Shown here piece by piece: positions 26,832 to 37,911 of a stretch of DNA of 51,749 nt. The DNA lies in assembly GCF_004010195.1 (NCBI RefSeq), contig NC_057720.1, forward strand, positions 32,825,383-32,877,131. The letters run 5' to 3'. Positions within the stretch are counted from its first letter, which is position 1, and every line of letters starts with the position of its first letter. Source of the stretch: Chiloscyllium plagiosum (lineage: Eukaryota). Both the position numbers and the translations under genes were made by a program. Under the pieces are notes generated by a model. It searched no databases. It had not been told where the DNA came from and saw only the letters and a program-made list of their open reading frames with translations.

Positions 26832-27454
26832 CTCCTGTTCCTTGGATGCTGCCTGACCTGCTGCGCTTTTCCAGCAACACATTTCCAGCTCTGATCTCCA
26901 GCATCTGCAGACCTCACTTTCTCCTTCAGTTACCCATAGTTTACTGCAGCCCGAACATATCACAGGGAACGTTCCAGAGTCAGGGACTGGGACTACCCGG
27001 GAAGGTAAATTTTACATTTTATCTGTTTTGTAGATAAATATTCATCCCTCGAAAAAGTGCCTCATGTATAAGTTGACCCACTAATTTCAGATTTAGAAAA
27101 TTGTCTTCAGAAGTTGACCTATACGCGAATATATACAGTAGATCTAAATGGCTAAATGGGTCTGATATAGAGTCAGAGAGATTACAGAAATGTGGCTACA
27201 GGGTGATTATGAATGGGAACTGAATATTCAGGAGTTTTCAGTTTTTAGATAGTATAGACAAAAAGGAAAAGAAGGTAGGGTGGAACTGCTATTAAAAAGA
27301 AATTAATGTGATTGAGAGAATTTTGGCCCTGGTGAAATAAAATCTATAAGTGTTGAGCTTAGAAATGCCAAGGGGAAGGAAATTAATGTTGGGTTGATAT
27401 AGAACCCCAAACTGTGGTAGTAATATTGGGGAAGGCATTAAAAAGGAAATTGAG

Positions 27455-28101
27455 GTGCAAGTACATAGATCCCTCAAAGTTGCCACTCGGGTTGATAGGG
27501 CTGTTAAGAACGCATACGATGTGTTAGCTTTTATTAGTAGAGGGATCGAGTCTTGGAACCATGAGGTCATACTGCATCTGTACAAAACCTCGGGTGGGGC
27601 TGCACTTGGAGTGTTGCATGCAATTCTGGTCACCGTATTATAGGAAGGATGTGGAAGCTTTGGAAAGGGTTCGGAGGAGATTTACTAGGATGTTGCCTGG
27701 TATGGCGGGAAGATCTCATGAAGAAAGTTTGAGGGACTTGAGGCTGTTTTTGTTAGAGAGAAGAAGGTTGAGAGGTGTCTTAATTGAGACATATAAGATA
27801 ATCAGAGGGTGGACCATGAGAGCCTTTTTCCTCAGATGGTGATGGCTAGCACCAGGGGCATAGCTTTAAACTGAGGAGTGATAGATTTCGGACAGATGTC
27901 AGAGGTAGTTTCTTCACTCCGAGTAGTAGGGGCATGGAAAGTACTGCCTACAACAGTTGTAGACTCGCTATTTAAATGGTCATTGGATAGACTTATGGGC
28001 GAGAATGGGATCGTGTAGGTTAGATGGGCTTCTGGTTTCATAAAGTGGTGCAACACTGCGGGCCGAAGGGCCTGTACTGCATTGTAATGCTGTATGTTCT
28101 A
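27455..28101 (+). mobile_element. Younger CR1 3' fragment nested in old CR1
   Basis: [34 protein letters not shown]; same family as 9195-9850. Confidence 0.92.
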
Positions 28102-28274
28102 AGCAATAAATTGTAATCATGGCTGTAATTGTAGACAGTTTCAATAGAGGAGGAATTATTGGGCTGTATGCAAGAAAGTTTAATGAATTAATACTTTGAA
28201 AGAACAGCTAGAGAAAAGGTCATCCGTGATTGGGTATTGTGTAACAAGAAAGGAATAACTTACAATCTAGTTAT

Positions 28275-28757
28275 GATTAGATTACTTACAGTGTGGAAAC
28301 AGGCCCTTCAGCCCAACAAGTCCACACTGACCCCCTGAAGAGCAACCCACCCTGACCCATTCCCCTACATTTACCCCTTCAACTAACACTACGGGCAATT
28401 TAGCATGGCCAAATTCACCTAACCAGCACATTTTTGGACTGTGGAAGGAAACCGGAGGACTCGGAGGAAACCCATGCAGACATAAGGGGAATGTGCAAAC
28501 TCCACACAGAGAGTCGTCTAGGTGGGAATTGAACCCGGATCTCTGGTGCTGTGAGGCAGCAGTGCTAACCACTGTGCCGCCTGTATGCTTGGAACTGAAG
28601 GAAAAGTGTGGACTGTGGAAGGAAACCGGAGCACTTGGAGGAAACCCACGCAGACACGGGGAGAATGTGCAAACTCCACACAGAGAGTCGTCTGAGGTGG
28701 GAATTGAACCTGGATCTCTGGTGCTGTGAGGCAGCAGTGCTAACCACTGTGCCGCCC
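28275..28757 (-). mobile_element. HE1 V-SINE with tandemly duplicated head
   Basis: Minus strand GGCGGCACAGTGGTTAGCACTGCTGCCTCACAGC...GGTTCAATTCC, with tail 'gggcctgtttccacactgtaagtaatctaat'. The unit 28435-28608 is repeated at 28609-28783. Confidence 0.92.
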
Positions 28758-28814
28758 GTATGCTTGGAACTGAAGGAAAAGTGATTGCAATAAGATAGAA
28801 CTCTCCATTAAGAT

Positions 28815-28938
28815 ATTATACTTCAATTTGCATGTATCTGCCCACTTGCTTAACTTATCCAAATAACATTGAAGCTTCTCTGCTTCCTCCTCTCAGCATA
28901 CTTTCCAATCCAGCTTTGTGTCATCCGCAAACTTGGAG
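28815..28938 (-). repeat. Inverted copy of 29892-30015
   Basis: 121/124 identity to the reverse complement of 29892-30015. Confidence 0.92.
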
Positions 28939-31219
28939 GGTAACGTATTTATTTCTAAGACTGATCCTGAATTTAAATAAAGCAAATTACAATGACATGA
29001 GTTGCAAGCTAACTATGATAATTGAGGATTGTTATTTAAAGGAATGATAGTAGCCAGGCAATGACAGAGAGTTAAAGAGCGCATGGATGAACTGCAACAG
29101 TTACTCTTCCCAGTCTGGCATTAAGATAAAATGGGAAACGTGGTAAGAAAATGGCTAATGAGGCAAGCTGCGAATGGTATTAACTCCACGGAAGAGGCAT
29201 ACAAATTGGCCAAAAAAGAAACAAGACCTGAGGATTAGTATGAGTTTCTGGCAAAGCAAGACAGAGAGATCAATAAAGAGAGGGAAACAGAGTAAATTTG
29301 CAGAGAACATACAAACCAATAGTAAAAGCTTCTCTTAGTAAATGAAGAGAAAAATATTAGTAAAGACGATTATAGGTGCCCTGCAGTCAGAAACAGGGGA
29401 ACTTCTAATGGGCAGAGAGAAGACAGTATTACAAATGGTTAGCTTGACACTAGTAGTGAGGGAAAATTCTGAAGGTCATTTATAAAATTTGTATTAGAGG
29501 AGCACTTGGAAAACAGAGAGATGATCTAACTGAGTCAGGATGTATATACTAAGGGAAGGTCATACCTGACGAACCTATTGGAATTTTCTGTGAATGTAGC
29601 GGGTAGAGTGCATAAGGGACAGCCAGTCGATATGGTTTACATAGATTCTCAGAAAGCTTTGTTAAGGTCTTATGTAAGAGATCAGCATGCAAAATAAAAG
29701 CACATGGGATTGGAAGTATTCTACTGAAATGGATTGAGAACTGGTTGACAGACTGGAAACTGAGGTGGAATAAGTGAGTCTTTTTCCAAGTGGCAGGTAA
29801 TGACTACTGGGGTACAAAGGAATCAATCCATGCTTAGACCCTAGCTATTCACAATATACATTAATATTTAGACGACGTAGTTTCATCATCTCTCCAAGTT
29901 TGCGGATGACACAAAGCTGGATTGGAAGGTATGCTGAGAGGAGGAAGCAGAGAAGCTTCAATGTCATTTGGATAAGTTAAGCAAGTGGGCAGATACATGC
30001 AAGTTGAAGTATAATTTAGATAAATAATGTTATCCACTGTGTAAAAACAGGCAGGCAGATTATTATCTGAATGGCCATAGATTAGGAAAGATAGAGGTGC
30101 AACGAGACCTGAGTATCTTGTACACCAGTCACTGAAAATAAGTATGCAGGTGCAGCAGGTCATGAACAAGGCAAATGGTATGTTCATGTTTGTAGTGAGG
30201 AGATTTGAGTACAGGAGTCTTGCTGCTGTTGTACAGGGCCTTAGTGTGACCACACCACAAATATTGTGTGCAGTTTTGGTCGCCTTAGCTGAGGCAGGAT
30301 GTTCAGGCTATAGAGGGAGCACAGCGAACGTTTACCAGCATGATATCTGGAGTGGTGGCATTGATATATGGGGAGACACTGAACCAGTTAGGACTCTAGT
30401 CATTAGAGTTGCGAGGAGTGAGGGAGGAGCTCATAGATTAGGCATGGTGGTTGAAGAAAGGATGTTCTCAATGGCTGGAGAGTCCAGAACTAGGGGTCAC
30501 CATCTGAGCATGAGGGCCTTTTAGGACAGTGATGAAGAGGAATTTCTTCACCTATAGAATGGAGCCTGTGGAATTCTCTGCAACAGGAAACATTTTTGAT
30601 GCCAAGACATTTGATGACTTTAAAGAAAAATGTAAATATAGTTTTAGGACTAAAGGGATTAAAGGCAATGTGGAGAAAGTGGGAACAGGATGCTGAGTTG
30701 GGTGATCAGCCATGACCATATTGAATAGGGGAGCAGACTCAAAGCGCTGTATGGCCTCATCCAGCTCTAGCTTCTATAATTCTATTCTGGCATCCTGGGA
30801 TCTAGTTGGCATTACAGGAAATTGCCCGGATATTTCCTATCCATTTTAAAAGTAAAATCTAATCTGGATTAACACTGCCCTATCGTCCTTCAGTCATCAG
30901 TAAACTGATAGTACGTTAGCCATCATATCATGTCTGTTGGTTAGACACATGCTCACCATTCTGAATGGATTCTGTCAGATACGTTCCAGAACACATCACA
31001 ATTTTGATGTTGCCATGATTGCAAGTCATGAATAATGGAGGAGAGGTGAGAGCAACTGCCCATAACATCATGGCAGCAATTAATGTAAAAATAACTGGAG
31101 ACAATGGAGGTCGAAAGGTAAAATCATCACTGGCCAGACTCTTATCTGATGCATAAGAGGATAGTTATGGACATTTGAAGGCAGACATCACATCTCCAAC
31201 ACTTTAGAACAGCAGTTGA

Positions 31220-32095
31220 TCAAGGAAGCATCTTTGAAAATCTTTAGCTTCAATGCCATTCCTTCTTAAGGTCAAGACCTGGGCTTTCCACTGATGATTC
31301 CACAGCATTCAACTTTATTCACAGCTCCTTTGATAATGAAACAGTACGTATCAACCTGAACTGTTTCTAAGTAGCATCCAAACTTGAAGTGAAATGGCAG
31401 ATAATTAGGGGCGGCACGGTGGTACAGTGGTTAGCACTGCTGCCTCACAGCACCAGAGACCTGGGTTCAATTCACGTCTCTGGCAACTGTCTGTGTGGAG
31501 TTTGCACATTTTCCCCGTGCCTGCGTGGGTTTCCTCCGGGTGCTCCGGTTTCCTCCCACAGTCGAAAGATGTGCAGGTTAGGTGAATTGGCCATGCTAGC
31601 TGAAGGGCTAAATGTCGGGGAATGGCTCTTTGGCGGGTCGGTGTGGACTTATTGGGCTCAAGGAAGCATCTTTCAAAATCTTTAGCTTCAATGCCATTCC
31701 TTCTTAAGGTCAAGACCTGGGCTTTCCACTGATGATTCCACAGCATTCAACTTTATTCACAGCTCCTTTGATAATGAAACAGTACGTATCAACCTGAACT
31801 GTTTCTAAATAGCATCCAAACTTGAAGTGAAATGGCAGATAATTAGGGGCGGCACGGTGGCACAGTGGTTAGCACTGCTGCCTCACAGTGCCAGAGACCT
31901 GGGTTCAATTCCCGTCTCTGTGCAAACTCCACACAGACAGTTGCCATTCTCCCCGTGCCTGCGTGGGTTTCCTCCGGGTGCTCCTGTTTCCTCCCACAGT
32001 CGAAAGATGTGCAGGTTAGGTGAATTGGCCATGCTAGGTGAAGGGCTAAATGTAGGGGAATGGCTCTTTGGCGGGTCGGTGTCGACTTATTGGGC
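31220..32095 (+). repeat. 438-bp tandem duplication containing an HE1 SINE
   Basis: Units start at 31220 and 31658 ('tcaaggaagcatcttt') and are near-identical. Confidence 0.95.
31408..31657 (+). mobile_element. HE1 V-SINE (3' end cut at the duplication junction)
   Basis: A-box GTGGTACAGTGG, B-box GGTTCAATTC and V-domain 'tgtggagtttgcac...ccgggtgctccggtttcctcccaca'. Confidence 0.93.
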
Positions 32096-32148
32096 CAAAG
32101 GGCCTGTTTCCACACTGAAAGTAATCTAATTTCAGTAATCTAATCTAA
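31846..32148 (+). mobile_element. HE1 V-SINE, full length, with 28-bp internal inversion
   Basis: A and B boxes, V-domain, and tail 'gggcctgtttccacactg...taatctaatctaa'. Confidence 0.93.
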
Positions 32149-32876
32149 TAATGTTGATATAACAAGTGCAGTGTAATGACCATAACAATTAAAAGAAACC
32201 TCTCCATCTCTGATTTGAATCTTAGCACTATCATTGCTAAGTTCCTCCACCACCAATTTTGAAGGGTACTGCTGCTCAGAAGGTGAATGGGATCAGCCAT
32301 ATAATGTGAACAAGGTTATCACTGGGTACTCTCTCAACATTGACAGAATCAATGATGGAGCAATGTTTTTCACCAGTACCCCAAACTTAAATTTTTGCCC
32401 CTTCTCCACTGGCTGCTGTATGAATATGCAAATAAACAATAACCTTTGCCTCTCACCCACTTGTCTCAACATTTAATTCTCTTCATAATGCTTTGACTAG
32501 GTGTAATTTTGACCCGTCTAATTTTTGCAGCCATCTCTTTAGCCACTGGCACGTATTGTTTTTTTTATGTTATTCTCTCTGATTCTGACCCATTCTATGA
32601 TATTTTTAGCTAAAATGCGGTTGTGTTCTGGAGATTATATTCTACTTTTGAATTTTTGTTCCTGAATCTTTCCATATTGAGAGAGATTTAAAAATAAGTA
32701 GTAACCAAGGGAAGACAAAGCCCATGGGAAACACATAAAATGAAGTAAAGAAACAAGAAAGGGATTTAGCAAGAAGCATTGTTAAAGAAGTGTTGTATTC
32801 AAACATCTGAAATTAACTAGGATTTTCATAAGCTCAGAAATAAAAGTCACAGTGATAGTATGGGACAGAGTTTACA

Positions 32877-33330
32877 TTAGAATGTAGAGAGCAGAATTAG
32901 GCAGTTCAGCCCATCGAACCTGTTTGACCATTCAGTATGGACACGGCTGACCTCATGTTGGCCTCAACTCCACTTTCCTGCCCACTCTCCTTAACCCTTC
33001 AACCCATTACTAATGAAAAATCTGCCTATCTCCTCCTCAAATTTACTTCACGTCCACAGTCTGGGGTAGTTGATTCCACAGAATGATGATGTTTTTGAGA
33101 GAAGTAATTTATTTTCCTTTCTGTTTTAAATATGCTACCTCTTATTCTAAAACTCCACATCTTTCTATGTCTACTTTGTTAATTCCCTTTCGCATCTTAT
33201 ATACTCAATTAGATCTCCTCTAATTCTTCTAACCTCCAGACAATATTGGTCTAAACTACTCGATCTCTCTTCCCAAGACAAACCCCTCATCTCTACAATC
33301 AATCTACTGAACCTCCTCTGAACTGCCTCC
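32877..33330 (-). mobile_element. CR1 3' fragment
   Basis: LEAVQRRFSRLI...RRIRGDLIE plus 3' tail. Confidence 0.85.
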
Positions 33331-33399
33331 AATAATTTAATAAGGATAATATAGTAATAGGAGGAGAATTTGATTTTCATATGAGCTAAACAATATAAA

Positions 33400-33850
33400 T
33401 TTGTAAATATATTGTGGATATGAGTTCATGGGATGCACATAAGAGGTTTTTAGATCAGTATGTTCAGGAACCAACTAGTCAACATGCTATTTTATACCTA
33501 GTATTTAACAGTGAGGAGTGATTAATTAATGACCTAATAACAAAGGGCTTTCAAGGAAGACTGACCATAACATGATGCAGCTTTGTGATGTTTAGGTGTT
33601 ATTTAGTTAACTCTTAAACCAGGGTCGTAAATCTAAACAAAATAACCTATGTAAGTATGAAAGGTTAGTTGGCTAAGGCAGTTCAGAAAACTAAATTCAA
33701 ATATATGTTAGTAAACAAGAAATAGCTGCCATTTAAAGAATTCGTACATAGTTTGCAAAGATTATACATTCATTTGAAGATACAAAAACCCAAAGGAAAT
33801 AGTGATCCAAAAATTACTAATGAGAAGTGTTAAGGATATTATTAGTTCAA
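33400..33850 (+). mobile_element. Old CR1 endonuclease C-terminal remnant
   Basis: FLDQYVQEPTSQHAILYLVF...LINDL, followed by 'tgaccataacatgat' (DHNM). Confidence 0.65.
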
Positions 33851-35275
33851 GGTATACTTTTGAACACTCTACAAGTTGTGCAATGCAAAGTGCAATCAAT
33901 TGTGAAATCCTCCTGTGGTTTGCTTGCTGCCAGTAGTATGCTTGGCCATTTAAATTTTAATTCTTTTTAGCATTGAAAAAATTTCATTAGGACATCTGGC
34001 TTAGTTGCTGGCAACTTCTTCAGTTATTATACACCTTGGCTATTGTTGAGACTGGTCTCTTCTCTCCATCTGTTTGCTGGATCACTTCACTTGGACCTCT
34101 CTCTTTCTTATACTCTTGTAGTAGTAAGATCCTATTACTACTAACAATTTCCAAGTAGGTCTGCAGTCCAGATGTCAGGAATTCCTGTAATGAATTTGGT
34201 AGTAAACTGGATCTGCACGTCGTCACAACTGCTAATTTGTGCACTCTAAGTTCACGATTTCTGATGCTTCTCTAAGGTGATTGTAGCTTTTCCTTTGCGA
34301 CTGTTGCCAGTTTGTATTGCCAAAAACAGGCTACGTAACATTGTGTTCTTCTTGAAATTTCTAATCACCATCTGCCATTTTCACCCCCCACTTCTCAGTG
34401 ATGCAAACACAGAAAGAAACAGATAGTTTTTTGCTTCAAGTTATTTCCCAACTGAGCATTTCTCATAATACAAGCTAACTTTATGCATGGGTACAACTCT
34501 TCAAAAAGCAGTTTCTTTAGTAGTAAGTATGTGTTCAGAAATATTAAGAGTGAAATATTATCATATGCACCAGTTGTTGCTTGTTTTCCCTATGTCAGTT
34601 TCTCAATTGATTTTTGTATCTGTTTTGAAAGCAGCTAATCCATAATGTATCATTGGGTCCAATTCAAGCTTCTTTGCTTCCTGTTCTCCTGCAACTGGAA
34701 GAAGAGGCAAGGTAGTTCAGCATTTTCCTCTCCCAACAAGCAAAGCCTACTTGTTGGGACAAGTAAAATTATGTGGTCTCCTTTTGTGCTGCCAAACGTT
34801 TGCTGATTATTCCCCTCTTGCTTTTTAGGCAGAAATATAAGGAGAAAAGTTACAATTTTTTGGGCCACATTTTTTTTAAATTTCCCATTTGATGTTCATA
34901 AAGATCTTGTACCTCGTGGTTAGCCATGCTGTGAACCAACCATTATCTTCACTAAGGTGGAAAAAAGGCTATACCTCAGCAATCAATATTAATCATGAGA
35001 TTGCATTTAAATGAGATAAATATGGACTCTATTATAATGGGAATTAAAATCCAGACTAACAAATAATTAAAATTAAAGTATTTGAATTTAAGCCCAGTTT
35101 CAGTGAGAGACAATTTTTCCTGGTTCCAATGTGAATTAACAGATAATTCAAGTAAAGCAGCTCAGTATTAAAATGAGTTGACTGTAGTGAGCCTCAAATC
35201 AGCATACAGTTTTCATGAATCATGGTTTATTAAATATATATTGTAAATGCTAATTAAATTATTGCTGTTTTAATT

Positions 35276-35662
35276 ATAGAAGCATAGAATAGCTACAGCA
35301 CAGAAGGATGTCAGTTGGCCTGTTGCATCTGTGCTGGCCCTCGAAGAGTAATTCACCTAGCACGCACTCTTACGTCTTTCGTTTGAAGTCCTGCATGTTG
35401 TTCCTTTTTCAGATAATGATCCAGTTCCCTCTTGAGTGCATCAGTTGAAGCTGTCTTTAGTGTACCACCAGACAACTCTTTCCAGATGCTGCAAAGAAAA
35501 GTTTTCCTTGTGTTACTATTGCTTCTTTTACCAGTTACCACTTAAATCTGTGCCCTCCAGTTCTCGATCAGCCTACCAATGGGACTTGTTTCACCCTAAT
35601 ATACTCTGTCCGGATCCCTCCAGATTTTGAATGCTACCAAATCTTCTCTCCACCTTCTCTTC
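35276..35662 (-). mobile_element. CR1 3' fragment
   Basis: Reverse 3' tail 'atagaatagctacagcacagaagga', 'cttaaatctgtgccctccagttct' and 'ctccaccttctct'. Confidence 0.7.
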
Positions 35663-35813
35663 TGTGATGGTTGACATGTTATGGGGGGGGAAGAACCTAT
35701 ATATGTGTATTGTGGTGATGGACCCTTTTAACAACTAATTTTTTTTCTGGGGCATGATTTATGACAAACTGAGTATAATTCAAATCTCATAATTTTAAAT
35801 GAATTATTAGCTT

Positions 35814-36434
35814 TGTTAAGGACCACATAAAACCCCTCAAAATATGTTAAGAAGATTAGCCTAGACCCCAACCTCCTCTTGTTTTCAAAGGCAAGTGTAA
35901 GGCATTGTGTTCTGGATGCAATTCAATTGGTCAAACTACAAGGCTTGAAGCAAAACGCACTTTATTCTTAAAATACAGACAAAATAATAAAAAACTTCGC
36001 TTAACTGTAACTCTATCAAAATATTTAGCAAGATTCTATGTTAATTACCACTGATTAGCTGTTGCAAGAGAGCAGCATCCCATAATCACACCCTTGGCAG
36101 AAGCAAATTAAGTAAAATAGATTGTCTCACATACAACATTTCCAGTCCAGAAGGAAAGAACCTCAAGAAAAAATTGTGTGTGTGTGTGTGTGTGTGTACA
36201 AATTCCAAACCCAAACGGCGTCAAAAACCTAAACTGAAATCCTGGTTCTGTGGGAGCTTGGCCCCATCCCCTCATGCTGCTTCTATTGTTCCAGCTTCTT
36301 TATATAAAAAAAACCCAAGGCCTCCCAAGCTGTTTCCTTTTGTGGCTTGGGACAGACGGCTGTGCCTCACTGTATCAACCCTCCTTCGTTAACAAAAGGA
36401 CAAAAACACCTCTTAAGTCCATAGTGTCATCACA
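35814..36434 (-). mobile_element. Probable solo LTR (Gypsy-like)
   Basis: TG...CA termini (TGTTAAG...ATCACA), 4-bp flanks GCTT and GTTT, AATAAA on the minus strand at about 35961-35966, and a TATA-like run near 36300. Confidence 0.5.
36175..36197. repeat. (TG)n microsatellite
   Basis: About 11 TG units. Confidence 0.95.
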
Positions 36435-37029
36435 GTTTGCATTTGAATTTCCACCACAATTGAGTCCAGATCATCTCTTGGAAATAATTATGGATAAAGT
36501 AGCTTTCTTCCAGTTGCTGATCCTGTGACAAGTTCCCTGGGAGATAAACAGTTTTTTAAAAAGAAAAAGTTAATTACATGGGGTTATAGACTGTGTGGTT
36601 CTGTTTTGAACAGTCTGTTTTTGAGTTTCGAACAAGCCAGCTACAGAGCAGAGAACATAGTTTTCCAATAGAATTAATATGAAAGTATGGGTGCTTCTAA
36701 AAGAGAGACTCTGAACAGTGAGTAGCCTCTGGGACAGCCATGCAGAGAAGAGAGAGGGAGGGCCTTCAAATGTAAAACTGCAAGATAAATTCCCATGTCC
36801 GTAGATCAAATCAATCCTAATGTTTTGGTTTTGAAACTTACATCAATAACATAGTCGCTACTGACACACTAAAATAATAACCTGATTTAAATAAACATAA
36901 AATTAACCGACAATAATATTTAATCATTCATTCTGCAAAAGCTTTTATTCCTCTTTTTTCCAACTTTTCATCTGTTACCTGTGCTTCTGTAATATTGGCA
37001 AATTGTTAGTTGCTTCTGTTAAACTTATG

Positions 37030-37224
37030 AGAAAGTGAGGACTGCAGATGCTGGAGATCAGAGTCAAAAAGTGTGGCACTGGAAAAGCACAGCTGGTCAG
37101 GCAGCATCCGAGGAGCAGGAGAACATTCCTGATGAAGAGCTTATGCTCGAAACCTCAACTCTTCTGTTCCTCAGATGCTGGCTGACCGGCTGTGCTTTTC
37201 CAGTGCCACACTTTTTTTTGACTC
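37030..37224. mobile_element. Palindromic PLE-derived element with hammerhead motif
   Basis: Inverted arms at about 37061-37122 and 37159-37224. CTGATGA (37129-37135), A, GAGC-TTAT-GCTC, GAAA, CCTC. Confidence 0.85.
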
Positions 37225-37429
37225 ATTCTACCTTTCTAAAATTTTCAAATAATTTCATTTGCCTTTTCTGCTTCCATCGTCTTGACTTCAAATTTATAGT
37301 GCAGACTTAAATATCGCCAAATAATTGCCTGACTTTGGTATTTGCTTTCAATAAACTAGTTCAGGATCGTCCATACGATATCGAGCCAGAATATATAGCT
37401 GGCAAAGTAGGTCTTTCAGCCCATCGTGT

Positions 37430-37911
37430 CTGATTACATGTAGACCAGACCAGGTAGGGATGACTGTTTCCGTCCCTAAAGGTTATTAATGAATTAGTTT
37501 AGTTTCCCCAACAGTATAGAAACAGGCCCTTCGACCCCAACAAGTCCACACCAACCCTCCAAAGAGTATCCCACCCAGACCCATTTCCCTACATTTACCC
37601 CTAAAAGTGCACCTAACACTACAGGCAATTTAGCATGGCTAATTCACCTGACCTGCACATCTTTGAATTGTGGGAGGAAACCCACGCAGTCACGGGGAGA
37701 ATGTGCAAACTCCAGTCACAGACAGTCACCCAAAGTGGGAATCAGATGGGTTTTTTCATGAGAATCAACTTCATCAGATTCTTATTTCCAGAATTTTACT
37801 GAATTCAAATTCCAATCTGCCATGGTGGGATTCGAACCTGGGTCACCAGAACATTACCTGGTTCTCTAGATTAATATTCCAGTGATAATGCCACGAGGCC
37901 ATCACCTCCCC
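37430..37911 (-). mobile_element. tRNA-derived SINE (family of 22405-22682) interrupted by a 5'-truncated minus-strand HE1 at about 37494-37735
   Basis: Head GGGGAGGTGATGGCCTCGTGG...GGTTCGAATCCC on the minus strand, with HE1 tail and V-domain inside. Confidence 0.82.

Larger units (their letters stand above)
25506..26925 (+). mobile_element. Penelope-like retroelement, 5'-truncated (RT fragment, gap, 3' UTR and terminal repeat)
   Basis: LTELVLTLNNFSFQSSHFLQTKGVAMGPSYACLFVG...LRYINDCIG...FHPDLKFTWTIS is a PLE RT with frameshifts. A C-rich 3' UTR and terminal repeat follow at 26621-26925. Confidence 0.92.
25201..27138. mobile_element. Non-autonomous Tc2/pogo-like DNA transposon (MITE) with TA target-site duplication, interrupted by Penelope
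   Basis: 25-bp TIRs ccacatatactcatgtataggtcaa (25201-25225) and ttgacctatacgcgaatatatacag (27114-27138), 19/25 match with all mismatches transitions. TA on both sides. Subterminal 'ctc(a/g)tgtata(a/g)gt' repeats at 25210, 25227, 25285 and 27061. Confidence 0.75.
25132..30785 (+). mobile_element. Old CR1 ORF2 spanning endonuclease to 3' tail, with deletions and multiple nested insertions
   Basis: LKALCLNAQSICNKMDEL (25133-25190), ITEMWLQGDYEWELNIQ (27181-), YLTNLLEF, VDMVYIDSQKAF, FTIYIN, SKFADDTK and a 3' tail at 30700-30785. Confidence 0.88.

Noticed and set aside
31408..31480. tRNA-like A and B boxes
   Set aside because: These are SINE heads that continue into the V-domain, not tRNA genes.
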